Origin: Dimargaris cristalligena
Lineage: Eukaryota
Direction of reading: 5' to 3'
Assembly (NCBI GenBank): GCA_003614675.1
Contig: ML002405.1
Location: 1-33,507, forward strand
Length of the DNA stretch: 33,507 nt
Under the pieces are notes generated by a model, which saw nothing but the letters and a program-made list of their open reading frames with translations, ran no database searches and was not told the DNA's origin. This document shows, piece after piece, positions 23,115 to 33,507 of this stretch. Within the stretch, counting starts at the first letter, position 1. Every line of letters begins with the position of its first letter. Position numbers and translations under genes: made by a program.

Positions 23115-24974
23115 TCCTGCCCTCCCACTGGCTAACCTTGCCGGCCGTGTAAGGAATACAATGATACCACTCTGATGGTCTTGTTCCAGGCCTTCTCACC
23201 CAGTATCCCGCTGTCAATCGCGCACTGCCCTTGCCTGGGTGCATCCTATTTCGCCCATTATCCTAACCCCCCTCCCCGACCCTCTCGTAAAATACTGACT
23301 GAGGTCTCAACCACCCATCTGTTTATAGCTTACTCTGTACCAGATTTCTCTTTATATTTTAATCGTCTCTATTAGCCATTCTTCCCCCTCCCCTCACCCT
23401 TTTATATACCGGGGGATTATAGTCCCGATCGCGTATCGTGTGGATTACTTGCTCCCGCTCTGTCCCTTTCGAAATGCACGACTTTGTTTAGCCCCCTTCT
23501 TATTTGTTTCGTCCTCTGATATACTTTACATAAATTTATTCGTCATCCGATTCAACATGGTATATCTAAAACTTATAGTGTACGACGTGGTCCCGTTGAA
23601 ATCCAGGTCAGTGAGTGGATGTTTTCAATCAATTTTAATTACGTCCTTATTAAGTGGGGCATAATGCACTGATGCTAGCTGTTACAGGTTGCTGTTGGAA
23701 ACCAAAATGACCCTCCAATGGACCATCCCCCCTCCTGCTTCTGCACTCTGAACCCAATGGGGTGGCGGGTTAATAACACTTTAATACACAATTCACACCA
23801 TCCACCCGAACCGGAAGGGAACGGCTGGGTACGAACACCGTGTCGGATACAAGCAAGCGTGGTCATCGTCAGCACTAACTAGGTGGCGAAGTAAGTGGTA
23901 GTAAGGTAGTAATAATCTTAATGACTTCCGAAATAGTTGTGGATGGGGTTTACCCTTTTCCCCATACCATATCCAACGTGCCAACTAGTATTTCCCAGGA
24001 TTGCAATGTCCTGCCGACCAAATCCCCCTGTCGAGGAGTATGTAGGTTGCCGCCCTTCGACCCTGTCTTGCTGCACAGTCACCTTGGCAGGTGGTTTGGC
24101 TGGCGTAATCGTATGGGGAAGAAGGCCTACGGCAGTGCCGCTAGTTTAGTATACCAAGATGATACGAAAAATTAAATGATGTGCAATTCATCCCTCCTCT
24201 TCTATTCTTTAATGGTCCCATCTCCATCTTCTCCTTCTTCTTCTACTGACCGTTCCCTACGAGTCCTTGATTACGCCAGTTTTACTAATACGGTTTTAAG
24301 ACTAACACTCACCACTTGTCGTAAATAACCTCGTCTCGAAAGAGAGAGAGAGAGAGATATATATATATCCAGATCGAACCACCGTTGCCTCCGCACGTGC
24401 GTAGTTCGTTAGTTAGAGATGTGTCAACCTCTCACCGCTTTTCCCGACAGCCCTTACCCCGCCGCCACACCCGAATGAACTGAGGGCGTTCCTTCCGGCC
24501 TGGAAGGGAGGTGGGAGAGGCCTTCTCTGCTTCACTCCTTCTACAGCAACATGCCGAACCGTAACAGTCCTGTAATTCAGCCCTACTATGCGGGTGTCAG
24601 CATTGCTTATTAGATGAGACCTGCACAGTAGGAGTGGTATGTATACAACATCCTTTTTCTCTGTCTCTCCTTCCATAATAACAGCGTACTGGAGTTCCCC
24701 GCTGCTCCGCTCCGCTGTACCGAACCTTTGATTCGGTCTATGGAGTGGAAGAGAAGGTTGCCGGGAAGTGTTGGTGGTGCTGGTGTATGAGGGCGGGGCT
24801 ATACGGTGTATAACATTCCGGGTGTGGCTTGTCCCCGCCATCGGCTCTAGAAATATGAAGTTGTATAGGGAGGTTTATTATGGAGGGGTTCCTGGATTAA
24901 ACAAAGCCTAAGTTGGATAGTAATGAGGCCAGTGTGGAGAAAGGAGATGCACTCTCCGCCGATGTTAAATATAG

Positions 24975-24981
<7 letters not shown>

Positions 24982-25017
<36 letters not shown>

Positions 25018-25052
25018 GACAGTCCACTATACTCTACTCTACTCTACTCTAC
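24982..25052. repeat. (AG)n followed by (CTACT)n simple repeats
   Basis: Seen directly. Confidence 0.85.
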
Positions 25053-25800
25053 TATAGTCTTAGCTACTCCTTTCCAAGTCCATCCAGCCCATTCACCCCT
25101 GCGCCTTCTCGTCCCCACTTTATGTTATATCGCCATACATTCCCTCACCCCCCTTGTCCCCTCCTCTGTCTTACTCTCTCTCTCCTTCTCCCTCATTATC
25201 CTTCCCTCGCTTTTCCTACTACTCTCTATAACCCTGAAGCACAATTCCCACTTCAAATTCTCTCTCCTCCCCAACACGCTACCCTGACCCGACCAATACT
25301 TTAAAGTAGACCTTCCACGGACCGCTAGGGGCCGGGACCTTTTTGGCTTCTCTTACTCTTACTTTCGCTACTTGCTTATTTTCTGGTTATAGGTTTCCCG
25401 GATAAAAATCCCCATTTTTATATGAGTATTAGACTGTACCCTAATATCGGACCACTATAACCTGTTTCTTCGACGCCGTTCGTGGAATAGGATCCTCTTT
25501 GTCACAACTGTACAACTTACCCACCCGGCAACGTACTACTGCCCCCGTTGCTACTATTACTCCAACCCCGCACCGAGAAAAACTACCGGACCTTCTAGAG
25601 AAAGAGAGACTACCTTTCACCGCTATTATTCCATTATTATTATTGTTATTTTAAAGAAATAATCAACTCCGCCGAACGACAAGTACGCACCCACCCACCC
25701 TGTCACTGTCTATATATTTGGCCACTATTACTCCACTCTCACTCCACTTCACTTTGCTAGACTCTGCTCTACCAGTGCCCCCCACTCCTCGTATTTCACC

Positions 25801-26885
25801 ATGTCCTCCGATGATACTAAACCCGCATCGGCCACTCCACGTCCCTTGTCCATGTCACTGTCGCACTTGACACGGCCAGTATCCGTTATGATGCCCGATG
25901 CGCCCAACCCCACGGATTTTAAAATCGGGTCGATGAGTATACCGGAGATGATTCAATTTGACCGTGATTCGCAAGGTAAATGAAACGACGGCTGACCGGT
26001 GACTGGAATCCTAGGCATCATCTATATTGTATACGTAGACCTCCCACTCCTTACACATACCCATACATACTGTATATGAAGAGCTAGATATAATATAGCT
26101 ACATCATCATCCGAATCGGCGCTTGTCGGAGGGATGGTAGTTGATAATTTAGAGGCGGCCAATCCCATATTACTCAGTACATGGGGGGAATCCTGGAATA
26201 CTCCTCCTTTTGAATGAGCTTCTTGGTCATCAATATGAATATTTTTTGGGATCATCAGCCTCCATTTCCGCTCACCTTGCGTATCTATCTTTTCGCCCTC
26301 CTAACTTTCCTTCATTTATTCCCCCGCCTCATTCACGATGACCCTCCACATGAATTAGACCTGACCTTTGAGGTCCCAGAACATATTCTGTATACGGTCA
26401 ACTCCGCCAAACTCGCGGCCATGACTCGCGATAAGGCGTCCTCGTCATACCAAGACCTACTGAACCAATCCATGGCCGACATGCATCAGCGGGCCACGTC
26501 GCCATCCCCCGATCCCACCGACTATTCCGGGGCTTCTTCCGCCTCGGTGGCCAAACCCAAACAGTCATTCCAAACCCACCATTCCTCCACCCGCGATAGA
26601 TACCAGGCGTCGTTACGATCCCAGGGAGGAGGTGGTGGTGGTAGTGGCAGTGGTGGACCGCAGACGTCGATGGATGGAACTCGGGGGGCGGTCATTAGTG
26701 ACTATCCGACCGACTCCGCCCGACCGGAACCCCTGACCCCCGCCGATATTCACTTGGCCGAAAAACAATCCATCACGACATCGGAGCACCATTCGGGTCC
26801 GGGAAAACAACGGAATGAATCCAAATCGTCGTTCGCCAGCTTCTTTACCTGTTGTTTCGGATCCTCGTCCCGTTATGACGACTAG
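25801..26885 (+). CDS. Hypothetical low-complexity protein with C-terminal FFTCCFG motif; 2 exons, ~233 aa
   Basis: ATG in ACCATG context after a long CT-rich leader. Exon1 25801-25975 (G|gtaaat) and exon2 26359-26885 (ttag|AC) join in frame (702 nt). Coding-like GC content. No family recognised. Confidence 0.75.
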
Positions 26886-27262
26886 TCGATGCGACGTTAA
26901 GCAGGGACGGGGGACTCCAATATAGATTGGTAGGTAAGTAGGTAGGCAGGGGTGTATAATGGATAGGGAGGGTATCTTTCTTTACCTGTTTCCCTACCTT
27001 CATTTTCCTCCTCTTGACTCATGTTGACCCTTTATATTTTTCGAATCCCTCTCCCCCTTTTACGCACCCGTTAATTCCCTGTATTGCTCGTCCCCTTCAC
27101 CCCATCCTTTCTATAAACGTTTACCCTCATCCTATTATGCCGTACCATACTTGTTTTCAACCTTGGATATATGAGGGCTACTTGTGTCCATTAGCCCCAG
27201 CATTATTAGCAGTCTCTCTTATTATCTGTGACTTTAGCATTGCAGCGGGACCTAGTTTCGAC

Positions 27263-27271
27263 TACTATTAC

Positions 27272-27313
<42 letters not shown>
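27263..27313. repeat. (TAT)n microsatellite
   Basis: Seen directly. It gives the poly-Tyr run in spurious ORF 27014. Confidence 0.9.
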
Positions 27314-27314
<1 letters not shown>

Positions 27315-30273
27315 TACAACTTAAATCCCAGTGGAAGTATTTCGCATCTCTACCTCTAGTCTCTTGTCTTATTCTAAACTCTGGCCCCTTACTACCATCA
27401 GCCCCCATCCAGTTGAGTTGTATTGCTTGCCCCCTTCTTATCCATCATATATTATCTAACTGGCTACACCCAACAACAAGAATACCCCTTCCTCTTCCCA
27501 TTGAGTCGATCTTATATATTCTCAAGAATAGCGGCGGTGTTTCTACTGTACCACCCTTTGGGGAGATGCTCCGATGCACTTAATCGGCCCTGTGTTTCCT
27601 ACTCTCTCGATTCCTACGCCTTCTTACCTAATACCAACCACACCCTTTATCCCTCTCCTCCCCCCGCTCATCCTAGTCACTCAATCTACGCCAACCTTAT
27701 TTTACTTATACAACCCCTCCTCTCCTCATTTTAAATATCCTCTCCCCGCCAGTGAGGAATCATGTTTATCCCACTTTCAGCATCTTTAAATTCCCTATGA
27801 CGCCTATTAAATCCACTTCCCTCCCTCTCGCAAATAGTGTGGCTTAAACTATACTTATTAATGAGAAGAGCGGTAAAGGTTGCTTTAAGGGAATAGCTTA
27901 GGTTCAACATACTACAACGCAGTTGGCTCACCTCGCTCCTGACAGCTTGAAATTCCACGTGTGGATCCGTCCATCGATTCTTTGACACCCCCACTAGTGG
28001 TGACGGGAGAGAGTGTGGCAATGGGTTCACCAATTAGATAATCTCCGGGATAGTATGTATGTAGTATCGCTCTAATCAGATGTCTTTGTTATAAAAAAGA
28101 AACAACAAAATACCCGCCTGGGTTGATTGAGGGACTTTAAGTGTTACGTAATTGTCTGTGGATGAGCACGGTGTAAATTAACCTAAGGAAGGGAATGATC
28201 GCATAGCCAATAATACTGTGTAATTAAAGGAGAGGAGATCCAGAGCTCTATCCGTCTAAATAGCACTATCCATTCTATCCAACCGAATTCCCCCTCCACT
28301 ACACTCTTACGGGGGGGCCTGTCGCCCAGCCATTCTAGCAATTTCAAGGTCTTGGCAAGGTAAAAGGGGTGGTGGTGAAATGTGATAGTGCACTATTTAT
28401 AGTTGTTGAATACGGCGACCCCGCTCCCGCTCTCGATCTCCATACCTACTAGTGGTAGGCATGAGCATGGTAAAGCTGTGTGGGGGGGGGGGCTATAGTG
28501 GATATACTTCTGGCCAGCATTAGGTATTGGTAGAGATAAAGTGAGGTATTTGGCCAAAGTTCGTCTCTCACGCTTTGTGGCTGGCATGACATCCCTCCCT
28601 CCTCCTTTTTTTCCTCCTCACTGGGGCCTATTCTCCCATACCCACCCTGCGTGAAGTCTTCGGAGGGGGGGGAGGTGCCTATTAGGAACCCCGCCGAAGC
28701 CACCCGCTTTCACAAGGAAGTACCTCTGCAACTCCTCCTACTTGGCAAACAAATGAGCAATCATTTCCACCAACACAAGGACTGAATGAAATGGGGATGA
28801 CTCGGTAGCTCTGGATAGGGAGGGATTGGGTGAAACATGGTGTGTAAATTTCTTGTTGTTTTGGTTTAATTAGGTTCACCAAATTCGGGACTGCAAATAA
28901 CTCACATATGGCATTTGATTTGGGTACCTTGCAGACGAACAGTCCAATGAATCATTTTATATTCGCGGGGCCGTTTGGTTAACAGTTTGGTATATTATAT
29001 GTATATATATATATATATATGTATCTATTCAGTATTGCAAATGCCCCTTTTTGGTCTAAGGGCCATTTGCTCAAACTGGTTCCCCCTCCACCGTAGCTGC
29101 AAGGCGAGCCAGGGTTATCTATCCAGCAGCGATGACACATGCCCCCTTTATTTTGTGGGTATAAATAGGATCAGCCTTACTAAGGAGGTGGTGGTTGATA
29201 CTCTCTAACAGGTTGTTGGGCCATGAATCATTTTTTACGCAATTCACTGAATAGAATGCGGCTAATGCCTAGCCCAGGGTCCCTCTCTCACTATTAGTAT
29301 CCGCAATTCACCAGTAACACATTACTTATTATCCTCCTCCCCCTGTTTGACTGAGGGTATGGTTAGATTATCGGAAATGTGGCTAATCGTTGTTTGGGTC
29401 AGAGTACTATGGGAGTGCCGGTCCATGTAGAGTGAGTAGGAGGGGTATGCGAGAGAGAGAGAGAGTAAGGGTGAGTATAGTGAGTGTGGGTGTGGGTGTG
29501 TAACCTTGTTGTCCCCGATGAAAAACGTCGATTGGGATGGGGATAGCAGGTAAAAAAGAGGAGAGGAAATGGAATGGATGTTGTGGGCGTGGAGATGCGT
29601 AAGGGGAGTAATGAGGCGTTGTGCATCTGCCATATGACACAGCCCAGGGCCATTACTCCTCCCCTAGAACAAGAGTGCTGTCCGTGTAGGGGAGAGAGTG
29701 GGCGTAATTCTTGGGATAGTAGGCCAAGGGTTCTCTACTTTGGCTGTACTAAACCCCCTCAACTAACTAACCGTTGCATTGCGAACCGGGAGTGTCTCGG
29801 TAGAATGAATGGCAGGGAACAGGAAAAGGGGGTTAAGTAATATAGGGTGCATTGCTGTGCCTTGGCAAATGAACCTACCTGACATTGACACATACCATAT
29901 ACTATGCCCTCCCTCCTTTCGTCAGTTCTCGAGCCATGTAAATCTAATAATAATCACTTGATGTATAGACACACCACGCTGCCGAATTTGCCTCCAGGAT
30001 AACCATGCCTGGTCCATTAAGTAATACCTCGTCTCCTCCGCTCTGTCCATAGCTTACCCACCGGTTGTTTATATTATTGGCGAATGTCAGGAGGGATCTG
30101 GCTGGCGGGGAGGTTAATCCTTTACCCACCCACTCGAGCTGACGGGTTGGCTAAGACGAGGCCTATGGTATGGTGGGGGCCTGTTTTGGGCAGGAAGAGA
30201 CCCCGCGGGAGGTTGTGATTGGATCTACTATGGCCTCGGAATATATATATAGACCTGTTCCTATATTAGTATA

Positions 30274-30304
<31 letters not shown>

Positions 30305-30552
30305 CCTTGATCCACGAGACAGGTCTTGGCATTTGTCCTACGGGGCGGCGGAGACCAGAAATCTAATTGTTTCGGACATTCCGCAAGCCACAGTACGTAC
30401 CACCCCGCCGCGGGTGCTATTTTTTTTACACCCATCCCTCTTCCTTATCCACCTTAGCATCTATGCGCATATACCCACCCTCATAATACTCGTAGTAATG
30501 CTGTCGTCATCGTCCTCCCCGTTTCCCTACATGCCATTCCTACCCCTGAGCC

Positions 30553-30560
30553 TATATAAA
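30553..30560 (+). promoter_or_regulatory. TATA box upstream of CYSTM gene 2
   Basis: TATATAAA about 250 bp upstream of ATG 30809, followed by a CT-rich leader. Confidence 0.5.
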
Positions 30561-30808
30561 AGTCGGGCCAGCGGCCTTCCCGCCGTGTTCCTGGTTCTGC
30601 TGTATAGTCTATTGTATTGCCTAGCCTGTCATTCGGTCTCTTATAGCCCCCCACTCATCGGTGGATTTATTTCTCAGTGACCCTATCTCCTTCACCTAGT
30701 TCTTCTACCCTCCCTTTTGCATCATAGTTACCTGCATATCTCCCTACTCAATATTTTCCTCACATCACTTACCCAGCCGCAGTCTTTTTCTCCAGTATCC
30801 TTTAAATC

Positions 30809-31230
30809 ATGCAGTACCAGCCCCAGCCCCAGTACCAAGGTGTTCCCCCCGGTTACGGTCAGCCCATGCCCCCACAGGGTTATCCCGGTAAGTTTGGCCT
30901 AGACCCGTATCTTTCTCATTCGTCGTTTGGAGCGGTTATTCCCCTCCTACTACTCCTCCTCCCCCTAGCACATTGCAACGCCCGCATGTCCCGTATTAAC
31001 CCGTCCCATATGTCTTTCGGAAATAAATTATCCTCGACCTATTTTCCCTATCACACCCAGTCGGTCAGCCAATCTACGTGCAATCCCCACCCATGGTGAT
31101 CCAGCAGCAGCCTCCAGCCAAGAGCGGTGGTGGATGCGGTGACTGCTGCTTAGGTTGTGGTCTAGCCAGTCTTTGCTGTTGTTGCTGCGCCGAGGAGAGC
31201 TGTGAATGCTGCTGCGACATCTGCTGCTAA
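30809..31230 (+). CDS. CYSTM-family protein 2 with extended Cys-rich tail; 2 exons, 82 aa
   Basis: Exon1 30809-30887 (G|gtaagt) and exon2 31061-31230 (cccag|TC) give MQYQPQPQYQGVPPGYGQPMPPQGYPVGQPIYVQSPPMVIQQQPPAKSGGGCGDCCLGCGLASLCCCCCAEESCECCCDICC*. Confidence 0.88.
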
Positions 31231-32137
31231 GGGCGAACATGGAGGTGATACCCCATCGGCCCACAATAGCCAAGTGGAAAAGGTTCACACCACCGCCCTA
31301 TCTACGGCTCCTCTTTCGGCCCACTCGTCGGCCGAGTAATTAATAGCCGACGACCCTTATCTTTCTCTCCCATGTTTATTATTAGCGGACCCCTCGGTTG
31401 ATGGAAGGGGGGGGGGGTGCCCCGCTCAACCGTGCCTGTCTCTACTTCCCACCCTATTTTTCTCTTACCTATTCTATAGTTGTCAAACTCTCTTCCTTGA
31501 TTACTGGGCTCGCACTATGGTATTTCAATCCCCCCCGGCCCTATGCGGTGGCTCTCCCCTGTCTCTGTTACTTCAGTCGTTTTTATCTGTTACAATTATA
31601 TATATGCGCATTTACATACCGATTGCCAATAGACCCATGTGCTGTTGTTACTGTGGTTTAAATTATTATAAATACTCACATTCTACTCCGATGTCTGATC
31701 GCCATAGATTTGGCTGGAAGGGGGTCCTCTGAACATCTGATGATGTGGCCTTCCTACCCGGTATTGCTGCATTGTATAGTTTGGGGCTATTCATAAGTAA
31801 CCGCTGCTTCGCACGCACCTTATGGGGTGTACTTGATATAAGCGACAGGGTTCCCAATTAACTTTACCAGCAGGTTAACCCCGGATAGATGGGTGGTACT
31901 TCATTTTTGGTGTGTTGCACCAGCACTAGCATTCATTCAAATAAAAAGACAACCTGTTTATTACATATGACCATGAATATAACGGTCTACTTTCTGCCAC
32001 TGGGATCCACTGCCAGAAGAATAAAGTGTGGGTAGGAGGATATGGAGAGGGTAAGGGTATAGGTGGACAACAGAAAGGCCCTTGGGGGTGGAGGAGGTAA
32101 CCTTATCACCACTACCAATGTACCCCCCGCTATTCTT

Positions 32138-33507
32138 TTAATGCCGAGCCCCGTCGGCATAGGAGACAAACAGATCGCCCATGTCATCGTCTTCGGGGAA
32201 TATGAAATCTTCAGGCAAACCCAGGATGGGATACAAAGCTGAAATGTCATCATATTTGGCAAACACGTTTACCAATTGCTTGTCGCCGATAGCCGTCTTT
32301 AGGGTATAACACAGTCCCCTCAATTTTGTTAGTCTTTCCTGTTCAGCCTGTTTCATCGATTTGACCGGCTTGACTGACTCGCAATCCACCGGGTCCATCA
32401 TCGTCGTGACGGCCGCCTCCTGATCCATAAACAGGGCCCAGTGCGCCCGTTTAATGATGAAGGTCCACCAATGCACCTGGGGCATTCCAAGAAGGTCCAT
32501 AATCTCCTGCGCCAGCTCAAAGCGATTGTACAACAGCAGGTTGCTCGCCAGGTCCGGCCAGAGCCGCAATCCCCAGAATTCCGGCCAGGTGACTATTTCA
32601 TTCAGCGTTTGGAAGCGGCAGGTGGTGCTCATGGTTTGTTTCCGCCTGCGGGCGGATAATTTCCTCGGGGTGGCCATCATGCGCCTCTGCTCGAGGGTAA
32701 ATCCGCCAAACGCCTTACGAATAAAACCCATCGCCACTTCGGGACGCTCGCCCAAAAGAATACTCAATAGATTCAGAGATTGCCGACCTTTTGACCGGTC
32801 CAGCGTGCCCACAGTATAGTTCAAAACCCGCTGCCCTTGGTTTCCCCACTGGCCATAAAAACCAATGTCGTTGACGAACGCTAAATGGGACATATAATTG
32901 CCCGGGTCGGTTTTGATGATACGCTGCACCTTCTCGAATTCGGCGTCATCTAGGGTGTCATCAATCAGAATATCCAATAACGTCTCCATCTATATATATA
33001 TATATATATATATAAAGGGTAGGTATATTAAAGGTTGGTCATTTCAGGCCCATAGAGTTTCGTTAATTTCAAGCACACTCTATAAATATACACTCAAATA
33101 AATATCTAAGAATATACGTTGGCCAGACCCATACATCCATTCGACCATCTATCCATTAATGGGTACTATTTACATTGTCTCTAAATTGGGAGCATAAGGT
33201 CGTTTTGCCCAGGCCAGTACTCTCGACCGGCTTTCTTCTTGGTATGGGAATAATCTTGCGCGGTTCGCCCGGCAGAGGGCCGATGCCTCCCATACTACCG
33301 CTGGGCGAATTTGCATTAGCAATTGGGTCCATATTGCCGTTATCGTTATCGTTATCGTTATCGTCGTCGTCGTCGTCGTCGTCGTCGTCATCGCCCAAGG
33401 TCATGGCCCACCTATTGCGTTTCAGGCTCGGCCCGGAGCCGGGCTTTACCAGATCCCCTCCGCTCTTCTGGCTGAAGTCGGTGGCCCCGCTTGCTTCCGA
33501 TTGGCCA
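32138..33507 (-). CDS. Hypothetical (orphan) protein, 5'-partial; at least 2 exons
   Basis: The frame is open from the window edge to 33174 (..SLKRNRWAMTLG-polyD/DN..CSQFRDN|gtaaat). Intron 33173-32990 (tag|ATG), then a 283-codon exon 32989-32138 in the same phase. No family recognised. Confidence 0.75.
33339..33393 (-). repeat. Coding (GAC)n/(GATAAC)n repeat encoding a poly-Asp/Asp-Asn tract
   Basis: Seen directly. Confidence 0.85.

Noticed and set aside
24413-24841. 142-aa minus-strand ORF
   Set aside because: No recognisable domain or coding-like bias. Cannot be supported without expression data.
27014-27583. 189-aa ORF with poly-Tyr
   Set aside because: Produced by a (TAT)n microsatellite in the probable 3' UTR of the 25801 gene.
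1-33507. tRNA, rRNA, snRNA, CRISPR arrays or selenoprotein recoding
   Set aside because: GTTCGA hits (e.g. ~8068, ~17735, ~20693) lack cloverleaf context. I saw no regularly spaced repeats, and no gene model needs an in-frame TGA.

Overview
Eukaryotic genomic DNA with GT-AG introns, CTAAC-type branch points, AT/GA microsatellites and GC-rich exons. It looks fungal, most likely an early-diverging (Zoopagomycota/Mucoromycota-type) lineage; this assignment is inferred, not proven. I can build spliced models for conserved housekeeping genes: Derlin-1/Dfm1-type, prefoldin-4, RPL26, NFU1 and NDUFS4. The accessory content is more unusual. (1) An intronless Nudix-hydrolase::TATDN3-type TatD nuclease fusion with both active-site motif sets intact. 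(2) A tandem pair of intronless secreted proteins resembling a miniaturised bacterial MltA/3D-domain lytic transglycosylase, but with the catalytic Asp apparently replaced. (3) A co-oriented cluster of two CYSTM genes and a Cys-tailed orphan gene whose upstream DNA is enriched in PacC/Rim101-type TGCCAAG motifs. (4) A partial orphan gene at the right edge. I recognised no tRNA, rRNA, CRISPR array or intact transposon. All homology calls are from recalled motifs, not database searches.
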